A stretch of DNA of 64,000 nt from Guillardia theta CCMP2712 (GCF_000315625.1 NW_005434585.1:202335-266334), one strand, 5' to 3'; shown: positions 1 to 14,162, numbered from the stretch's first letter. Notes: a model not told the origin generated them from the letters alone. Program-made: numbers and translations.

Positions 1-1532
1 TCTGATTGTGGATGCACCTTGGTACTCCCCACACAAGTTCTTGCGTGTTGATGTCTCACGAGCATGAAAGTTGTGGGGAGGAAGCGACCCAGAGTTCGTG
101 CAAGAAAGAAGGTAAGTGTCCTCCAAGTGTCATAAGATAAAGGCGTCCATCCCCCATGCTCTCCTTGATCATTCTCTCTCCGCCTCACCTCTACGTCAAC
201 CCTCTGCTCTTGACGCTCATGATCTCATGTGATAGGAAATTGAGGGGCATCAAGCGTCGCGGACAGAGATTCCGTACCCATCCAACTGACGCGAAAACAG
301 GGAAAGCGCTGACTGGACTGCAGGAGACAACGAGAAGGCGGAAGCATCCATGCGCATCGATCAAGCTCGATCTGTAATTAACAAGGAGGGACTGAGAGCA
401 GAAATGAACCAAGACACTCCCTCCAAAAGAATGCTTCCTCCCACGCTTTCCGCCCGCGCCGAAGCTGCTGTAGACTTGAGTTACGGTGTGTTGCTCATCT
501 CATGCTATTCTGTCTCACCGGCTGGCCAGGAATGCATGGCAAGAAATTCAATTCACCAGGTCAGCGATGCAGTACCCAGATCATTGGTGAAGCTTTACTG
601 ATCTCCGTTTCCTGTAGGTGTGATCTCGAAGAAACCAAACGACAAGGTTGGGAGGTTGTAGCTGTTTCGATGGGAACCTCTAAACACTTTGTGTCCTTCA
701 GGGTCAGACGCCAACATCCAAACCCAGTATTTCTTCACCAGCTCTTCAAGGTTATCTTGTGTATTGAGCTGCTATGTCAATGAATCGATCGCAGATGGAA
801 GAGGAGCTACACAACCAGGGAACAAGGGAAGTCTATATGACATGCTGCAAAACATTCTAGGATGAAGGAAAGAATAAAACAAGCTGAATCCTCCGGTTTG
901 ACAGCGTTTATTACTTCGTTACAATTTGCGTATCCTGATCTGCAGTGATCATCGCAACTAATCCTTGTATCGGCACCCAGTTGACCTGCTCATGTTTGTA
1001 AGCAAGGGCGGTGTAGATCTTCTGCACAAGAAAGGAAGACAGGAGAAAACCCCTCAAGAAACAGCTCAGAAGTTTCCTCAGTGTCAGTCAGAGATTTTGA
1101 TTTTCAAGTTTGTATAGCTATCATTGGGGGATGAAACCAAACGATAAGACATTCCGATCCTCTCACCAGTTGCTAGTGTTGGTTGAAGAAAAAAGGAAAT
1201 GTCGCCTTTATGTGATCTTGTTGAATGCATTCAACGCCTCATTGCTGGTGCCTGCAATACCATGTGAGGCAATGCTAACAAACAACCACACATTCTAAAC
1301 AAGAGAAGCAGGACAGGCATGAGTCAGATCCCCGAAAATGGAAAACGTTTTAAATTTCCGCATGAGCGACTCAGAAGGGTTGAGATCATCACTCGAACAT
1401 GCAAGCCGAGGCACATTAGGACAGCAGAAAACGAGCAGGGGGGATATCCGACCTTCCATCCATCTCGACTTTCAATCAGCTTCCGTTGTGGAGCATGAAG
1501 CTGGCGATGTTGCATCACAACATCGTTCGTAA
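1..1532 (+). CDS. Partial multi-exon hypothetical protein, possibly ankyrin-like
   Basis: Short open segments separated by GT..AG introns; segment HPVDLLMFVSKGGVDLLHKKGRQEKTPQETAQKFP (~975-1080) weakly resembles an ankyrin repeat; last candidate exon ends at 1532. Confidence 0.25.
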
Positions 1533-2589
1533 TGACAGAACAGGACCAGGGATACTTGTCCTGATCCCTCAAGAAGTTGGTCTCAGGTCACTGTGTCCAC
1601 GACGGCAGGCTGGTCGCTTCTGCGAGCGCTCCAACGAACCGCTGCCATAAATGTTGGCCTCTGCACGTGCCGCTGCCGCCAGCCGTTTTATTACAGTAGT
1701 GAGTCAGTTGAGCACCTTCGGCAAGGCCCGGGGCCCGGGGCACAGTGTACACCGTATTACCGTAACTTTGAGTAAAAAACTGACCTTACCCTTCTTCTTT
1801 TTACTCAAAGTTAAGTTAAAAATCAGTACGAGGACAATCAGGCCTTCTTCATGCTTCCGGCGAGGCCCCCGGCCCGGGGCCCGGGGTGTAACTTCATGAC
1901 ACTGTGCGTGACAGAAAAATGTCTGAGGAAGGAATTTTCAAGTTACGCCGGCTGACGGAGAATGGGAGCCCGCCTCAATTACTTGTGGTGATAATATATA
2001 TTATAACGTGATAAAACACTTGTTTACATGAATCGTTGGGGTATGAGCGTACAACTGATTAATACAGGGCAATCACGCGGTATCCCATGGCATCTTCGTT
2101 GCTAGCTTGCTCATATCGTACTGAAAACTCAACGATTCGGGAAACGCCATTTGACAAATAAATTGAACCACCGGAAAAAGGGCTTTGAGGGGTACATCAT
2201 AAGTCATTCGTGAGGGTGGGGGTATTGGTACCCTTCAGACAGAAAAACAGGGGGATAGGGGTGGGGTGATCCAGTACATTTCTTGAGATGCAACCGTAAA
2301 ATCTTTTCAGTACCGGGTCTGATGATTATATCTATTGGGGGTAGGGTGATATTTACTACATTCCTGATGATGACTTTGAGGGGAAAGGGGTGGGGTACAC
2401 CACTGACTTATTCCGCATAGAAGGGTGGAGATGGTCTGAGAACCCTTGAATAAATGGTGAAATTATGGGGTATCGAAAAGAATTGACCACTTGGGGTGGG
2501 TAGGGTGACTTTTGCATGGAGGGGTGGGCTAAGAAGTCACTACTGTATAAAACCGAGGACGGGAAATTATTCGCACTCACGAGCCCGCC

Positions 2590-2865
2590 ATGGTGGTGAT
2601 TGCTGTTTACACTCCTGCTATGCACAAGGATGACAAGGAGACTGCGAAAGTCATGCAGGAGAGCACTCCATGCAGACTTGCTGTCTACAGCCAGAGACGC
2701 GAGGAGGAAAGTGGAAGCAGCTCCGATGAGCAGGACGATTCAGAGGGGGTGCTGGAGGTGTTCTGCCCCAGGAAGCATGCCAACCTATCACCAAAGTCAT
2801 CTATGGCACGAAAGGACTACAACAGAGAAATTGGCGCGATGATTCAGTCAGAATTTAAGAGTTAA
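2590..2865 (+). CDS. Small hypothetical protein, paralog of 3770-4054(-)
   Basis: ATG-started 91 aa ORF whose C-terminus (G.L..FC...YNREIGAMIQ) matches the 3770-4054 ORF (G.L..FC...YNREVGAMLQ). Confidence 0.45.
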   Translation: MVVIAVYTPAMHKDDKETAKVMQESTPCRLAVYSQRREEESGSSSDEQDDSEGVLEVFCPRKHANLSPKSSMARKDYNREIGAMIQSEFKS

Positions 2866-3769
2866 ACGAAGGAAGAAACAAGGAGTTAACCTCAACTTAG
2901 CGTTTAGCTTGCTTGGGATGTGATAGAGAATAGCTGCTGTACACTACTTTTTTTATTGATTTTGATTGAACTACAAAGATGAAAAGATTGTTTGATGAGT
3001 CCTTACCATAGAAAGGATGTCATGAATGGCGGACGGCTTTACACTTTGAGCGATCTGGTGGATGATCTTTGAAGACGATGTGATGGGATAAATGTAGTGT
3101 CCTGATTTAAATTGTGCAAGAAAATGTAGCAGATGATATCTCCACTGCAAAACGGTACTTCGACAAGCTATGGGCATCTTACTTGTTGATGTCACCTCTG
3201 CCCATCGGCGCCTCTGCCTGTTGACAACCTCCATGCCAGAATCTTCATGCTTTGCTGTTGTCTACCATTCAGGGTATGAGACCATCTCGCACAGGGCTGC
3301 ACAGTGCAGCCCTATGAATATCGTTCTCCTCCTTTTAATTTCTGAGCTGTTCTATTTCTTCCGACATGACGTAGATTTGTTGTGTAGTTGACTGTGAATA
3401 TCTTTCCTTGTGCTCTTCTCCTTGCGCGAGCATAAATTTTTGCGCATATTTGGGATTTCGGAGACGCGAGAAGGCAGTGAATTTCTCTCCGGACGCGTTC
3501 CACCTTTAAGTCATTCTGCAGTCTGGAACCTTTCCATTAGTATTTTTCTCGAAACAAAGAAATTCTCAGGTGTCACAAAGTGCGAGTCATGCCTCGCAGA
3601 TTTTTGGGTTTCAATCTGTGTCTCAATTCTTATGATGTTCGAGTTTGATGCCTACGCTGGATTTAAACAGACATGGCTCACGACTGTGCTGATGTGCTTG
3701 TCTGAGGCATCCGCAATGCCCAGGCTCTTGCAGCACATGACTTTGTGCGATGGCTTTTTATTCAATAAT

Positions 3770-4054
3770 TCAAATAGAACCTCCGCACTGATGACTCAAA
3801 CCCCCCCACCCTGCATCTCCTTTATTCCCCTCTCCCCTTCCTGAGTCTGCCTGCAGCATCGCTCCTACCTCCCTGTTGTATTTCATCCGCACAGCCACCG
3901 AGTCGAGCATGTGAAAGGTCTTGCGCTGGGAGGCCAAGCAGAAGGGCTTGAGAGGACCGGACGTACCGGGCTCGTCAGGCTTGCTTGCGTGGTGAAGTAG
4001 GGGAGGACGGGATGAGTGCTTTGATGACTTTGGAGCCACGGCCATAGCGGTCAT
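3770..4054 (-). CDS. Small hypothetical protein, paralog of 2590-2865(+)
   Basis: ATG-started 94 aa ORF sharing the YNRE[IV]GAM[IL]Q motif; part of its DNA is duplicated at 4881-5028. Confidence 0.4.
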   Translation of the reverse strand: MTAMAVAPKSSKHSSRPPLLHHASKPDEPGTSGPLKPFCLASQRKTFHMLDSVAVRMKYNREVGAMLQADSGRGEGNKGDAGWGGLSHQCGGSI

Positions 4055-4075
4055 TCGCTTCTGCTACTTTCTCTC

Positions 4076-4154
4076 GCCCTTGCCCTTGCCCTTGCCCTTG
4101 CCCTTGCCCTTGCCCTTGCCCTTGCCCTTGCCCTTGCCCTTGCCCTTGCCCTTG
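4076..4154. repeat. (GCCCTT)n hexanucleotide microsatellite
   Basis: About 13 perfect tandem units visible. Confidence 0.95.
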
Positions 4155-4880
4155 TTCGCTGTTGCTCCTGTTCCTGGGGAATGGATACCTTTGTGCAATG
4201 CTGGGGCTCTTGTGGTTCGTGCGTGCGTTCAAGGTTTGTCGTGCCCGAAACAAGGTCGAACGATGAAAAACGCGTCGTCAAGAAGAAGAAGGCAAAGGTT
4301 TGTGTCACGAAGACTCGTCCCAAAATGATGACAGTCGAATAAGACGGGCAGTAGCTGATTGGGGGGGTACGCTCAAAGGAGAGACGAGGGTGGGGTGGTG
4401 GCTACATATTGCCATAGGGCTCACTGAATTAACTTCTCCGTGGATACAGCCGGTGTTTTCCGGAGGTACTACAACACTGCCGGTGTTTTCCGGAGGTACC
4501 CGGTGGTTTTCCTGTGTGATGCACCGGTGCCCCACTGAGCCTGTATCATCGTCACGTGCGAGTCACGGTGCGGAAGGCCTCGGAACCCGTGACGGCGGCG
4601 TGAGTAGGCATCCGGGCCGGCGCCAGCAACACTCTGACTTTAGCCTGTAAAGAGACTTTAGCTGAGTAAAGAGACTTTATCTAGTTTCGGCCTTTACTCA
4701 AGTAGTATGATCAAATCGTTTGATAAAGCGTGCAAGTACAAGTACAAGCAACCGTCTGCTAAACTTGCGTGTGCACAGTTTAGCCTCCGAGCGAGTCTAA
4801 ATGACTGATGCAGAGTTTAGTGCGATAGTATCGTACACCGAAGCTCGTTCAAAGTGTAAAGTTGTCTACCCTGCATGACA

Positions 4881-5028
4881 TTCATCCGCACAGCCACCGA
4901 GTCGAGCATGTGAAAGATCTTCACAAGGAGGCCAAGCAAAAGGGCTTGAGTGGACAGGACGAGCCGGGCACGTCAGGCTTGCCGGCCGCTGTGGTGAAGT
5001 AGGGGAGGATGGGAGGAGTGCTTTAATG
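4881..5028 (+). repeat. Diverged direct copy of 3882-4026
   Basis: Both start ttcatccgcacagccaccgagtcgagcatgtgaaag and continue through ggaggccaagc..aagggcttgag, cgtcaggcttgc and gtggtgaagtaggggagga. Confidence 0.9.
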
Positions 5029-5143
5029 CCATCGGGGACTGGGACAGGGGCATTGTAGTCAAATATGGTAGTAGACTGATCTCCTTCAGCCTGGTGTATG
5101 TGAGTAAAGCTACAGGATTCATACCGTACATCGCTGCAATAAA

Positions 5144-8100
5144 TCACACAGGTTCGCTGATCTTCTGAGCGAAGGTTATGTCGAAAGTGAACCGAATGCC
5201 AGGGTAGTATCCGGGGGGAACTCGCACCATGTAATGCTCGCCATTCACAGGCACCTGTTCCAGAATATGTCTTTCGTCAGCTCCGATGCATGCTGATAGG
5301 AATCAGTGTCAAGCTACCTTGATAGATGAATGCACCCCCGGAATGAAGCTCGGTGGGATGGTCACCATATACATCCGAGCGCTGGGAGGATGCGCTGTCA
5401 ATCCTCGCCCATGATCCCCATATGCCATTCCCGATTGAGCCTTGTTTTCAAATACGGTGCCAGCCTTTTCAAAGTGCTCGTCTTCTTCTTCGGCTTGCCG
5501 TTGCTCCTCAGTGGTCAGTTCCTCCGAGTTGTCTTCTTCGATCGCATCATCATGACGTCCAATCTTGGATATCCATAGCTTGCCATCTCCTGATCAATGC
5601 AGAAGATGTTAGCTCAAGGAAGTGACGTTGAAAGATATTTGGACCTTTCAAGACGTTGAGCAAAACATTGTCAACAATGTGTCCAGACATCATCGCCCTT
5701 TGAGCTGAGGTCGAAATCTCCGGTCCTTCTTGGGCTTGACGGGCAGGAAGGGAAAGACGGAATAGCTCATCCAAGTCCCGCGAAGTATATATTCGAGCAA
5801 CATTTGTATCATCAACAACTTGTCTTGAAACCTGTATTTTGCTAACCTGCATATCAATGAATCATTTTTTGTACAATTTCAGCACATGTCCCGACCTGAC
5901 GATCGTATACCGAATTCTCCATCGTTCCATACGAAATAAATCTATATACAAAGACTGGCTGCTTCTGGCCAAGCCGGAAGGCTCGTACTGATGCTTGCGC
6001 ATCGTTTGCAGGATTCCACGCCTGTAATAACTGGTTATACTTTTTAACAAATAGAGTGAAACGAAAATCTCACAGCGTCCAGAATCACAACCCGCGAAGC
6101 CGATGGCAAATTCAAGCCGAAACCACCAGCTTGTGTCGTAATTAGAAACACATTACATTTGGAATCTTCTTTGTTGAATTTGTTTCTGCACATCCACAAG
6201 GTTCGAAGTTAGTGAACTCAGTTTGCATTTGGATTGCAGAATTGACATACACAAGATCTTGCCGCATAGATTGCTGAGTGGATCCATCCAGTCGGAGGTG
6301 CCTTATCAACTTGCAGTCATTCCCTAATTTCAATTTGGCTTCTTTGTTTCGGCGTTGGATGTACTCTTCCACCACGTTCAGTGCAGAAACATACTGAGAA
6401 AAAACTAAAGTTTTTTTGCCCTGTTTCACGGCTTCGTTGAGAATATCCATCAGTACCAACATTTTTCCACCGTGATCAAGATGCCCTCTCTCATAGTCGC
6501 TGCCCAAATACTTCTGTGCCCATTCAAACAACCCAATCCTCAGCAACTTCTCGTCTTCTTGTTCTGCAGTTTCTTCATTTGTTTCTTCTATTTCATCAAA
6601 GCTCTGTACAGATCAAGGATCAGACTTTCCGATTGATGATTTCTGCACAGATGATACCTCATTGGCCCACTTTGTCTCCAATATCTTGTCACCAGCTTCT
6701 AAACTGGCTTTTCCATCATTGTTCCTTCCACATCGTTTCAGAGGGAAAACTTCGTACAATGACAAATATACTCGGAATTCAATGGGGTCCGACTCTTTAA
6801 TGAGCTTGACTGAACCTTTTTTGGCATGTCACATTTTGTCAAGGTTGTCTTCTGAATTAATCGATCAGTAATAATACTATTTGACAAAGGCATACCTTCT
6901 GAGCAGATTGAAGCGCATGGCACAAAATATCTGGATGATTAACAATTCTTTGTATGGCAGCATGTGATGGAAGCAAATGTTTGCATTTGGCTACATCTCC
7001 ATCTTCTCCTCTAGCTTGGGGACAAATAGACTTGTGATATTGCAGTAATTCGTGATATAAACACTGTTGAATTTCAGAGAGGCGCGTGTATAACACGAAT
7101 TCTTGCTTGGGGGGCAACAAAGCTCGAAGAATCGATTCATCTCGTCTCTGAAATAGATCAGAGCGATCTTCATGATAGAGGAACGAACGACTTACTTGTA
7201 CAATGGGGGCAAGCTTCTTGACAAGGACATGCATTCGTCGTTTCCCCTAATGAACAACCATCAGCTTTTGGGACCTTAAAGCACATCTACAAAAGGCATA
7301 AACGAACCATTCGCACTTTTGACATCTCAGAATCGGCTAACATGCCACATTTTATCGGATTTGCAAATAGGTTGTTGAATCTCTTCTTAGTGCCTGCACC
7401 AGTGTGAAATGAACAGCAATGATTTTTGGATGAACAAACCCAAAAACTCTGGATAAACGAAATCAACCATGCACCAGTATTCCTCCAATTTGTTCTATCG
7501 AAAATCTAACGACATGAGAATGACAAACAATCTCACCTGGATAGGCGTCCCAGTCAAGATAATTCTTCTTTTCGTCTGCAATCCACGAATAGCTTTTGAT
7601 ATTTTTGACTAAATCTCGAATCAGTATATGCATTGTGATCGAGCAGAAGCAGCTAACTTTGTCATTTTTGAGTCTATGGCCTTCATCTAAGATCACCAAG
7701 TCGGTTCCTTCGTAAAGTAAGGAAGCAGCCTTCAAAATAGTACATGTCATGAGAAATTGAACTAAACATCCCACTCCAAGTAATTCACTGAGTTGACCTT
7801 GTTGGCTGCAGAGTCTGAGGAGCAGGCAATCGTTGTGAACATTTCATAACCCATAACCATGACGCCAGATTGTCTTCTGTAGGAAAGTTCAGTGAAAAAC
7901 TAATGGATCTCCAGTCTCTCCAATCGGATCAAGAGTGGAAATAAGTCTATCTACACTTTCAGAAAGGCAATTTTAAACTTACGTCGACCAAGATCTGATA
8001 ACTTGCAGTCGATCGCTGAATTTCGGATATTTTTTGGACGAAACCAGGTGTCGAGGAAGGAGGTTTTGAGTCCCCAATTTAGCTTTGGGGAGCCACTTAT

Positions 8101-11100
8101 CAAACTCTTGTTTCCAATTTTGTAGTAATGTCGATGGTAAAAGCAGGAGGCAGCGCGCCTTTTCGCCTCTCATGAGCTAGGCAATGAAGTCATGAAAACA
8201 TTTACATCAATGCTCAAGACACCTGCCGCTGCGCAAAAGTGTGCAAGAGAGTCACAACCTGATGATAAGTTACGTTTGCAAATGATAAAATCATTTCCAA
8301 AGAATGCCTGCAGGCTCTTTCCTAGTCCCATAGAGTGAGCAAGAATGCAGCCTCTTGGATCTTTGACAGGACCGACGTTCCCCCACATGAATTCAACACC
8401 TTCCACTTGGTGTGGCTTCAGCACCTTAAACATGGACGGATGTATCGACCCTTCATAATCCATCTTGTGTGCTGAAATGTTTTCATCGTAATCTGTGATT
8501 ATCTCGATATCTTCGTCATCAATGAAATTCCTTGGTGCCTTGCAGCAGGATGGTTCCCGTGTGTGACGTGGTGTGGAAGGATTCGGGGGATGAATGTCCT
8601 CAAGTATTTGCACATCGTCATCGTCGCTTTCCTGGACAGTCTCAATGTCGTCAGTGTTGTGACTGTCTTGCTGTTCTTTCATTCTGTCGCTCGTAGACTT
8701 ACTCGTGCCACTGCCTTTGCAAATGTTATCCTGAACGTTTTATGTTAGTGACTTCTGTGTAAAGGCCTCCGGTTCACCTGCTTTTCTATCGTACGGAAGA
8801 AGCAGGCGAGTGACTTTTGCTTCTTAGACTTCGGTGGTTGGAAATCCTCCATATCAGAGTCATCGTCTGCGAGTGATCTCATCAGCAGCTACCCAACAGC
8901 CATGGCCTCACCCACCATTGATGGTGGTCCGACTTGCCCGCGCCGATCTCTCCCGTAAGCGCATTCTCACATCCTTCGGCCCATGCTCACTGTCGCTCTC
9001 CGAGCTGCAGGCAAGGTCGATCACGACATTGGACGGCGAGTCTTCCTCGACCCTCACGTCCTCTCCTTGCATGAAAAGCGCGGGAAAGGGACCCACAAAC
9101 TTTTGTCACCGGGCAAGAGGGTTGAGTAATAATATTGTGCCGCACAGCGTCATGTGAACGATGGGGGGCACATGGTTGAGAGGCTGGAAGGGGGCGGGTG
9201 AGAAGCACGCGGCTCCTTCTCAGCGGAGCTCTGATGCGTTCATGTGAAGGGAGAAAATGCTGCTTCGTCTTCTGTCTGCTCTGCGCGTTGCCATCCGAGC
9301 TCTCATGCTCGAAGAATCAAGGTGTCGTCACTGTCCAGCCCTCCTCCCCTCCCTTGATGAGCAGTAACGGGTGGCAAGTACAGGTCAAGTTGCTTCATCG
9401 GATGACGCATGTAACCTCTGAGATCCTCGAGAATCCCTCGATGCATGCGAGTAGTGTGAGCCTTTCGCAGGTCGCCTTGGAGACTGGGCCGACATGGAAG
9501 GAGCCTTACTGTCCCCCCTGGGAGGTGAAGCTAACGGCCGACCCTTCCACTTCTACAACCAATCATCCACGATACATCGTCTGTCCAACGGCGTACGTGC
9601 CTTGATCGGCAAAGAAGCATCTGTGGGAAATGTTGATGGTGATTGCAGCTAATCCGTAAGAGAACGCCCTTGCTCGACAGCGGTAGCCCTTTGGTTGGGA
9701 GTGAGTCGAGTGACGACGATGTCAGGATCGTTTGAGTATGCAGAGGCAAGAGAAAAGTGAGTTAGATGGGCAGATGGCCTCAAACGTGATCTGATGCTTT
9801 TCCCTTGCTCAGGTTGCTGCGAGAAGCCAAGATTCTTCAACGATTAACGCGGTCAGGCATCTGCATAGCGGCCTTTCTGTCGACATGTAAAACGCAAGAT
9901 GACGATGTTAGCAGTTATCGCTACTTTCCCAGGATCATCGCCGTTGATGTGATTCTCATGCGCCCATGAGAGATTGAGAGCTTCTGAGTGTTGTGCAGGA
10001 GAAAGATGGAAGCATTTATCTGAGCGATTGTGGGGAGGTGCTTCAACATGAAAATACTCCTTGTAATGATTGAATTCCAAGCATCTGCAAACTCTTCCAT
10101 TGATGTTTCTGATCAGGTGATTGGAAGGAACAAATGAAGGAAATCTTGTCGATCCTAGACAACGTTCAGGTACGAAGGGGGATCTCATGACTTTCCAGCA
10201 AGACATCAAAATTGAAGGCAGGTCTTCCACAATGACTGGCTAGGGCTCGGTTGGCCATCGTCTCCTAATCTTTGTGTGAAAGATGGTGTTTCTCTTCCCA
10301 TCGTCGTATGTTAGCTGATCTCGCACCAGGAGTTCTGTGTTTGATTGATTTTACCTGGGTGAAGGAAACTCTGTTCTAAAAATGTCCCATGATGCTCCTG
10401 CAGGCAACAGTGGGAAGAGACAGTTATCCATTCATGAATCCGAGCTGGAGTATAGTGTAAGTTGAATTCCTTGCAAGATGTGCGCTTTGAGCCTGGGTCA
10501 CGTAGCTCGGAAGCGAGCAGCATGTGGGAGATGCTTGAGGTTTCCTATTTCGAAGGAAGAAAAAGAATCTAATTCACTGTTGGAAGAGAACAAGGGATAT
10601 AGAAGAGAGCAGAAGGCTGAGCTATCAACATATTGTTGACATCTGGAAGATGAGGAATATGGCTTTCACGTCATCGAGCTCAAGGCTGCCAGACGTTTCA
10701 AGGATTCATGACAGGCAGAGAGAAACGCCTGAAGTTGAACTATTGCATGTGCTGTGACGATCCTATGAATTCAGCATATTTGATTTGCTATTGCCTCTTT
10801 CAAGGTGCTTGATAGGGTTGGGAATCATTTGTCGACTGTTCTACTTGCAAACAAGACGTTTTCAAGCTCTGTTGTACTGCAAGTGTGCAGAATGTCAACA
10901 ACCCGCTGGTCAGTTTTGACATATGAACTGCAGGAATCCCTGAGGCTTTCTGTGAAAATCTCACAGCTCCATCCTTGGTACAGTCCTCGATGATCAACTT
11001 TTCTTGAGCACTTGACACCTGTAAGGTGTTTTGCGCATTGCTCGGATTGTCAAGTTGCACTGGAGGCGAGACCTTAATCTCTTTCCCCGTTTTCTGCACC

Positions 11101-11330
11101 TTGACAGGAATCGATTACTTGCAGGTCACTGAAGGATATGACATGCTACAGCATACTTCCATGCGGAGTGATATATGCAGATGTCATCTGATTCAGGTCT
11201 TCTTGGAATGGTGCAAAGGATGTTTTCACAATGGAGCAAACAGGAAAATACCTGTTGGATGATTCTATCGCTGTGGGACTTGGAGGTATTTCACATGCCA
11301 CGTTGTTTCTCTCTGCAGTCTCTTGCATGG
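5144..11330 (-). CDS. SNF2-family chromatin-remodelling ATPase, ATRX/ARIP4-like (multi-exon; core 5144-8682, 5' extent uncertain)
   Basis: Motifs in order: LKPHQVEGVEFMW, GCILAHSMGLGKSLQ, VILDEGHRLKN, LTGTPIQ, RRDESILRALLPPKQEFV, GKMLVLMDIL..KTLVFSQY, RLDGSTQ, AGGFGLNL, WNPANDAQA..RAFRLGQ, then ATRX-type tail HDD..EELTTEEQRQAEEE. Stop at 5144. Exons 8700-11330 are low complexity and only tentatively joined. Confidence 0.85.
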
Positions 11331-11585
11331 TAGTCTGTATTGATATGTATCATCTCAGATTGGGCTCTACACTCTAACGTGTCAGGTAGAAGTCTTTGTC
11401 GGTGGCAAAGGCTGGGACCAGCAGAACGCATGCTCGACCGAGGAGCTTCGAGGTTTGAACCGATCGGTTGAGGTTAACTTCACTGTAGAATGAAGACAAG
11501 TTGAAGACTACTTTGTCTTGGACAAGTTAAGATATGCTGCCTACTCCCTTAGATGTGTATATAGCAAGATTTTGCTCCTCTCCAC

Positions 11586-14121
11586 TCAGGATACATCTTG
11601 CCAATCTTGTACGAACACCCCAGTCTGCAATCGCTTGCTGGTATCGGACGAGCCCTCGGGGACGAGCAGGTAACACGACAACTGAGAAGTGAAGCAAAGA
11701 TCACGGATGATCTCGTCGATCGGCGCCCACAAAGGATTCATCTGCAAGACTCAAATCATCTCATCATTACAATCCCCATGCTGCGAGGGTCAGTTTGGAA
11801 ACATGGTTCACCGCGTTCAGGATGACGATGGCTCCGGCCCAAGACACGATGTACCCATGGGTGCAGCAAGCACCTCCTCTGACCCAGAAGGCGTTCTCCC
11901 TCTCTATCCAACGGGGGTGACAGTGACCGACGAAGAGCAGCTGGCAGGAGAGGATCAGACATGGTAGGTAAGACAGGCAGACCACCTCAGCGTCTTCCGG
12001 CGCAGCTTTCATGGCGTCGGCAAGGATAATTCCTGCATGTGAACATCAGCCAAGTCTCACACAACAATGAAGATCTTGCCCGCTGCGCTGGGAGATATCC
12101 CCTGCGGGAGTTTGCTGTCGTGCTCGAGGACCAGCGCTCGAGTCATGTTGTGCTTGGCAATGTGAGAGAGAAGTCTGCAAGGTTCGAGATGAGGAGGAAG
12201 AAGGAGGGTCAAATGTAGAGCAAACAACCTGTAATGACTCTCTGCGCAGCCAAAGGATCCTACGGACCAACCAGATCCTGAGAGAAAAGTGAGATGATAA
12301 GGTCGAGATATGAAGAGACAATGCGAACGAGGGGGGTCAAGAAAGAAGAGATAGTCGAAACGAGGAAGATGCTTGTAGAAAAGAAGGGAGGGAGAGGAGA
12401 GGGAATAGAAGAATAGCAGGAGAAGCAGGCAACAAAAGGAGGAGGAGAATGCCACCTGATCCAAGTAGCTGCTCACTCACTTGCAGGAGTGCGAACTCAT
12501 GTGCGATTTTCTGTTGATACAAGATAATGTTCATCATGTCACGATGGGGGAGGGCGGACATTTCAAACGTGATGATGGGGATTTAGTAAGTGGTGGTTGA
12601 TGATTTGAAGATGACAGTGATCAGATGGAGGAGGAGGAGGAAGAGGAGGAGGAGGAGGAAGAGGAGGAGGAGGAGGAGGAGGAGGAGGACNNNNNNNNNN
12701 NNNNNNNNNNNNNNNNNNNNNNNNNNNNNNNNNNNNNNNNNNNNNNNNNNNNNNNNNNNNNNNNNNNNNNNNNNNNNNNNNNNNNNNNNNGACGAGCCGC
12801 AACTTCGTCAGGATGCTTCAACACAAGGTAGGAGGAGGAGAAGAAGTACTAGAAGAGCAGCAGGAGCAAGCAGCAGGAGGAGGAGGAGAACACCTCCTCG
12901 TCGTTGCAGCAGCTCCTCCACCACCTGCAGGACGGCGTGGTCTTGCTTTTTCTTCTTCTTCATCATGATAATCTTCATGAGGGGGGGGGGGGGGAGGGTG
13001 ATCATGATGATGATGATGGTGGTGGTGTAGGTGGTGGTGGATGAGAAGATGATGAGGAGGAGGAGGAGGAGGAGGAGGAGGAGGATAACGACGACGATGA
13101 TGTTTAGAAAGGGGAGGGGGAGGAAGGGGGAGGAGCGAGAGAGAAGCAGATGAAATTGATCACGTCATCATCGTGATGTCAAAGGAAGGCAACGATTTCA
13201 AGATCAAGTCTCAATCACCTCATACGCATCGAATGCCTCCCACTTGCTCGGCTGTTGATGATGTCAACAAGAAACACGATAAACAGAATGCAGCTGATGT
13301 GATGAAAGGAGGAATCTAAGAGACCTCGGGCAAGTTCATCGCCAGAAGGACGTCTCGTAGCCTATCCGCATCCAACCGCTGTCGGCAACTCTGAGGGAAA
13401 TCGACCAGCAAGTAGAGCAGACCTGATGAGTGATAGTGACGACGAACACCTGCGAGAAGCTTGCTGGACTCTCTCCGTTCTCCTTCATCTCGTAACTTGG
13501 CTCCCTTGTCGCAAGCTTGACAGTTGAGTTGAAGTCGTAGGACAAGTTCCCCTGTCGCTCTCCTCTCATCGCAAGCACAACAAGCTACAAGTCGGTCGAC
13601 CTGGACTACCCGCAGGGTCAGCAAGACTGAGCTGGGGATGGTAACAGCGACATCGCCGACTGAGTAGTCGAGAGAGAGAAAGTGAGGAGCCTCCTCCCCG
13701 TCTGCGTACCTGCCTCGTTTCTTGTGAGCCGCTCACAGGTTAAGGAGTGGAAGGAGGCGCTAGGAGGAAGGAAGAGTAGGAGCAGGAGCAGGAGCAAGAG
13801 CAGCAGGAGAAAAAGAGTTTTCAGAGGAGGACGAAGAAAGGCGAGGACGAAAGGCGAGGACGAAAGGCGAGGACAAGGAAAAGAATGAGAACAATGGTCA
13901 GGAATCATAGAAAGGAGGGAGGAGAGGAGGACCTGTGCAGAACTCTAGATTCTTCGAAGGGTCGGTGATTATCCGACGATCTCAAAGTTATCTGTAAGGC
14001 AGCAATCGAGTCAGAAACCTTTGAGGTCTTGAGGACGTCATGTAGTGGACCTGCTCCTGACTAAGGAAGGTGACGTTCGGACTCCGGCCGGGCCAATCGT
14101 ACTCGTTGACTGTCAGATCGA

Positions 14122-14162
<41 letters not shown>

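Noticed and set aside
4450-4512. Repeat CCGGTGTTTTCCGGAGGTAC as a transposon end
   Set aside because: Two direct copies plus a partial one, with no matching inverted end, TSD or transposase.
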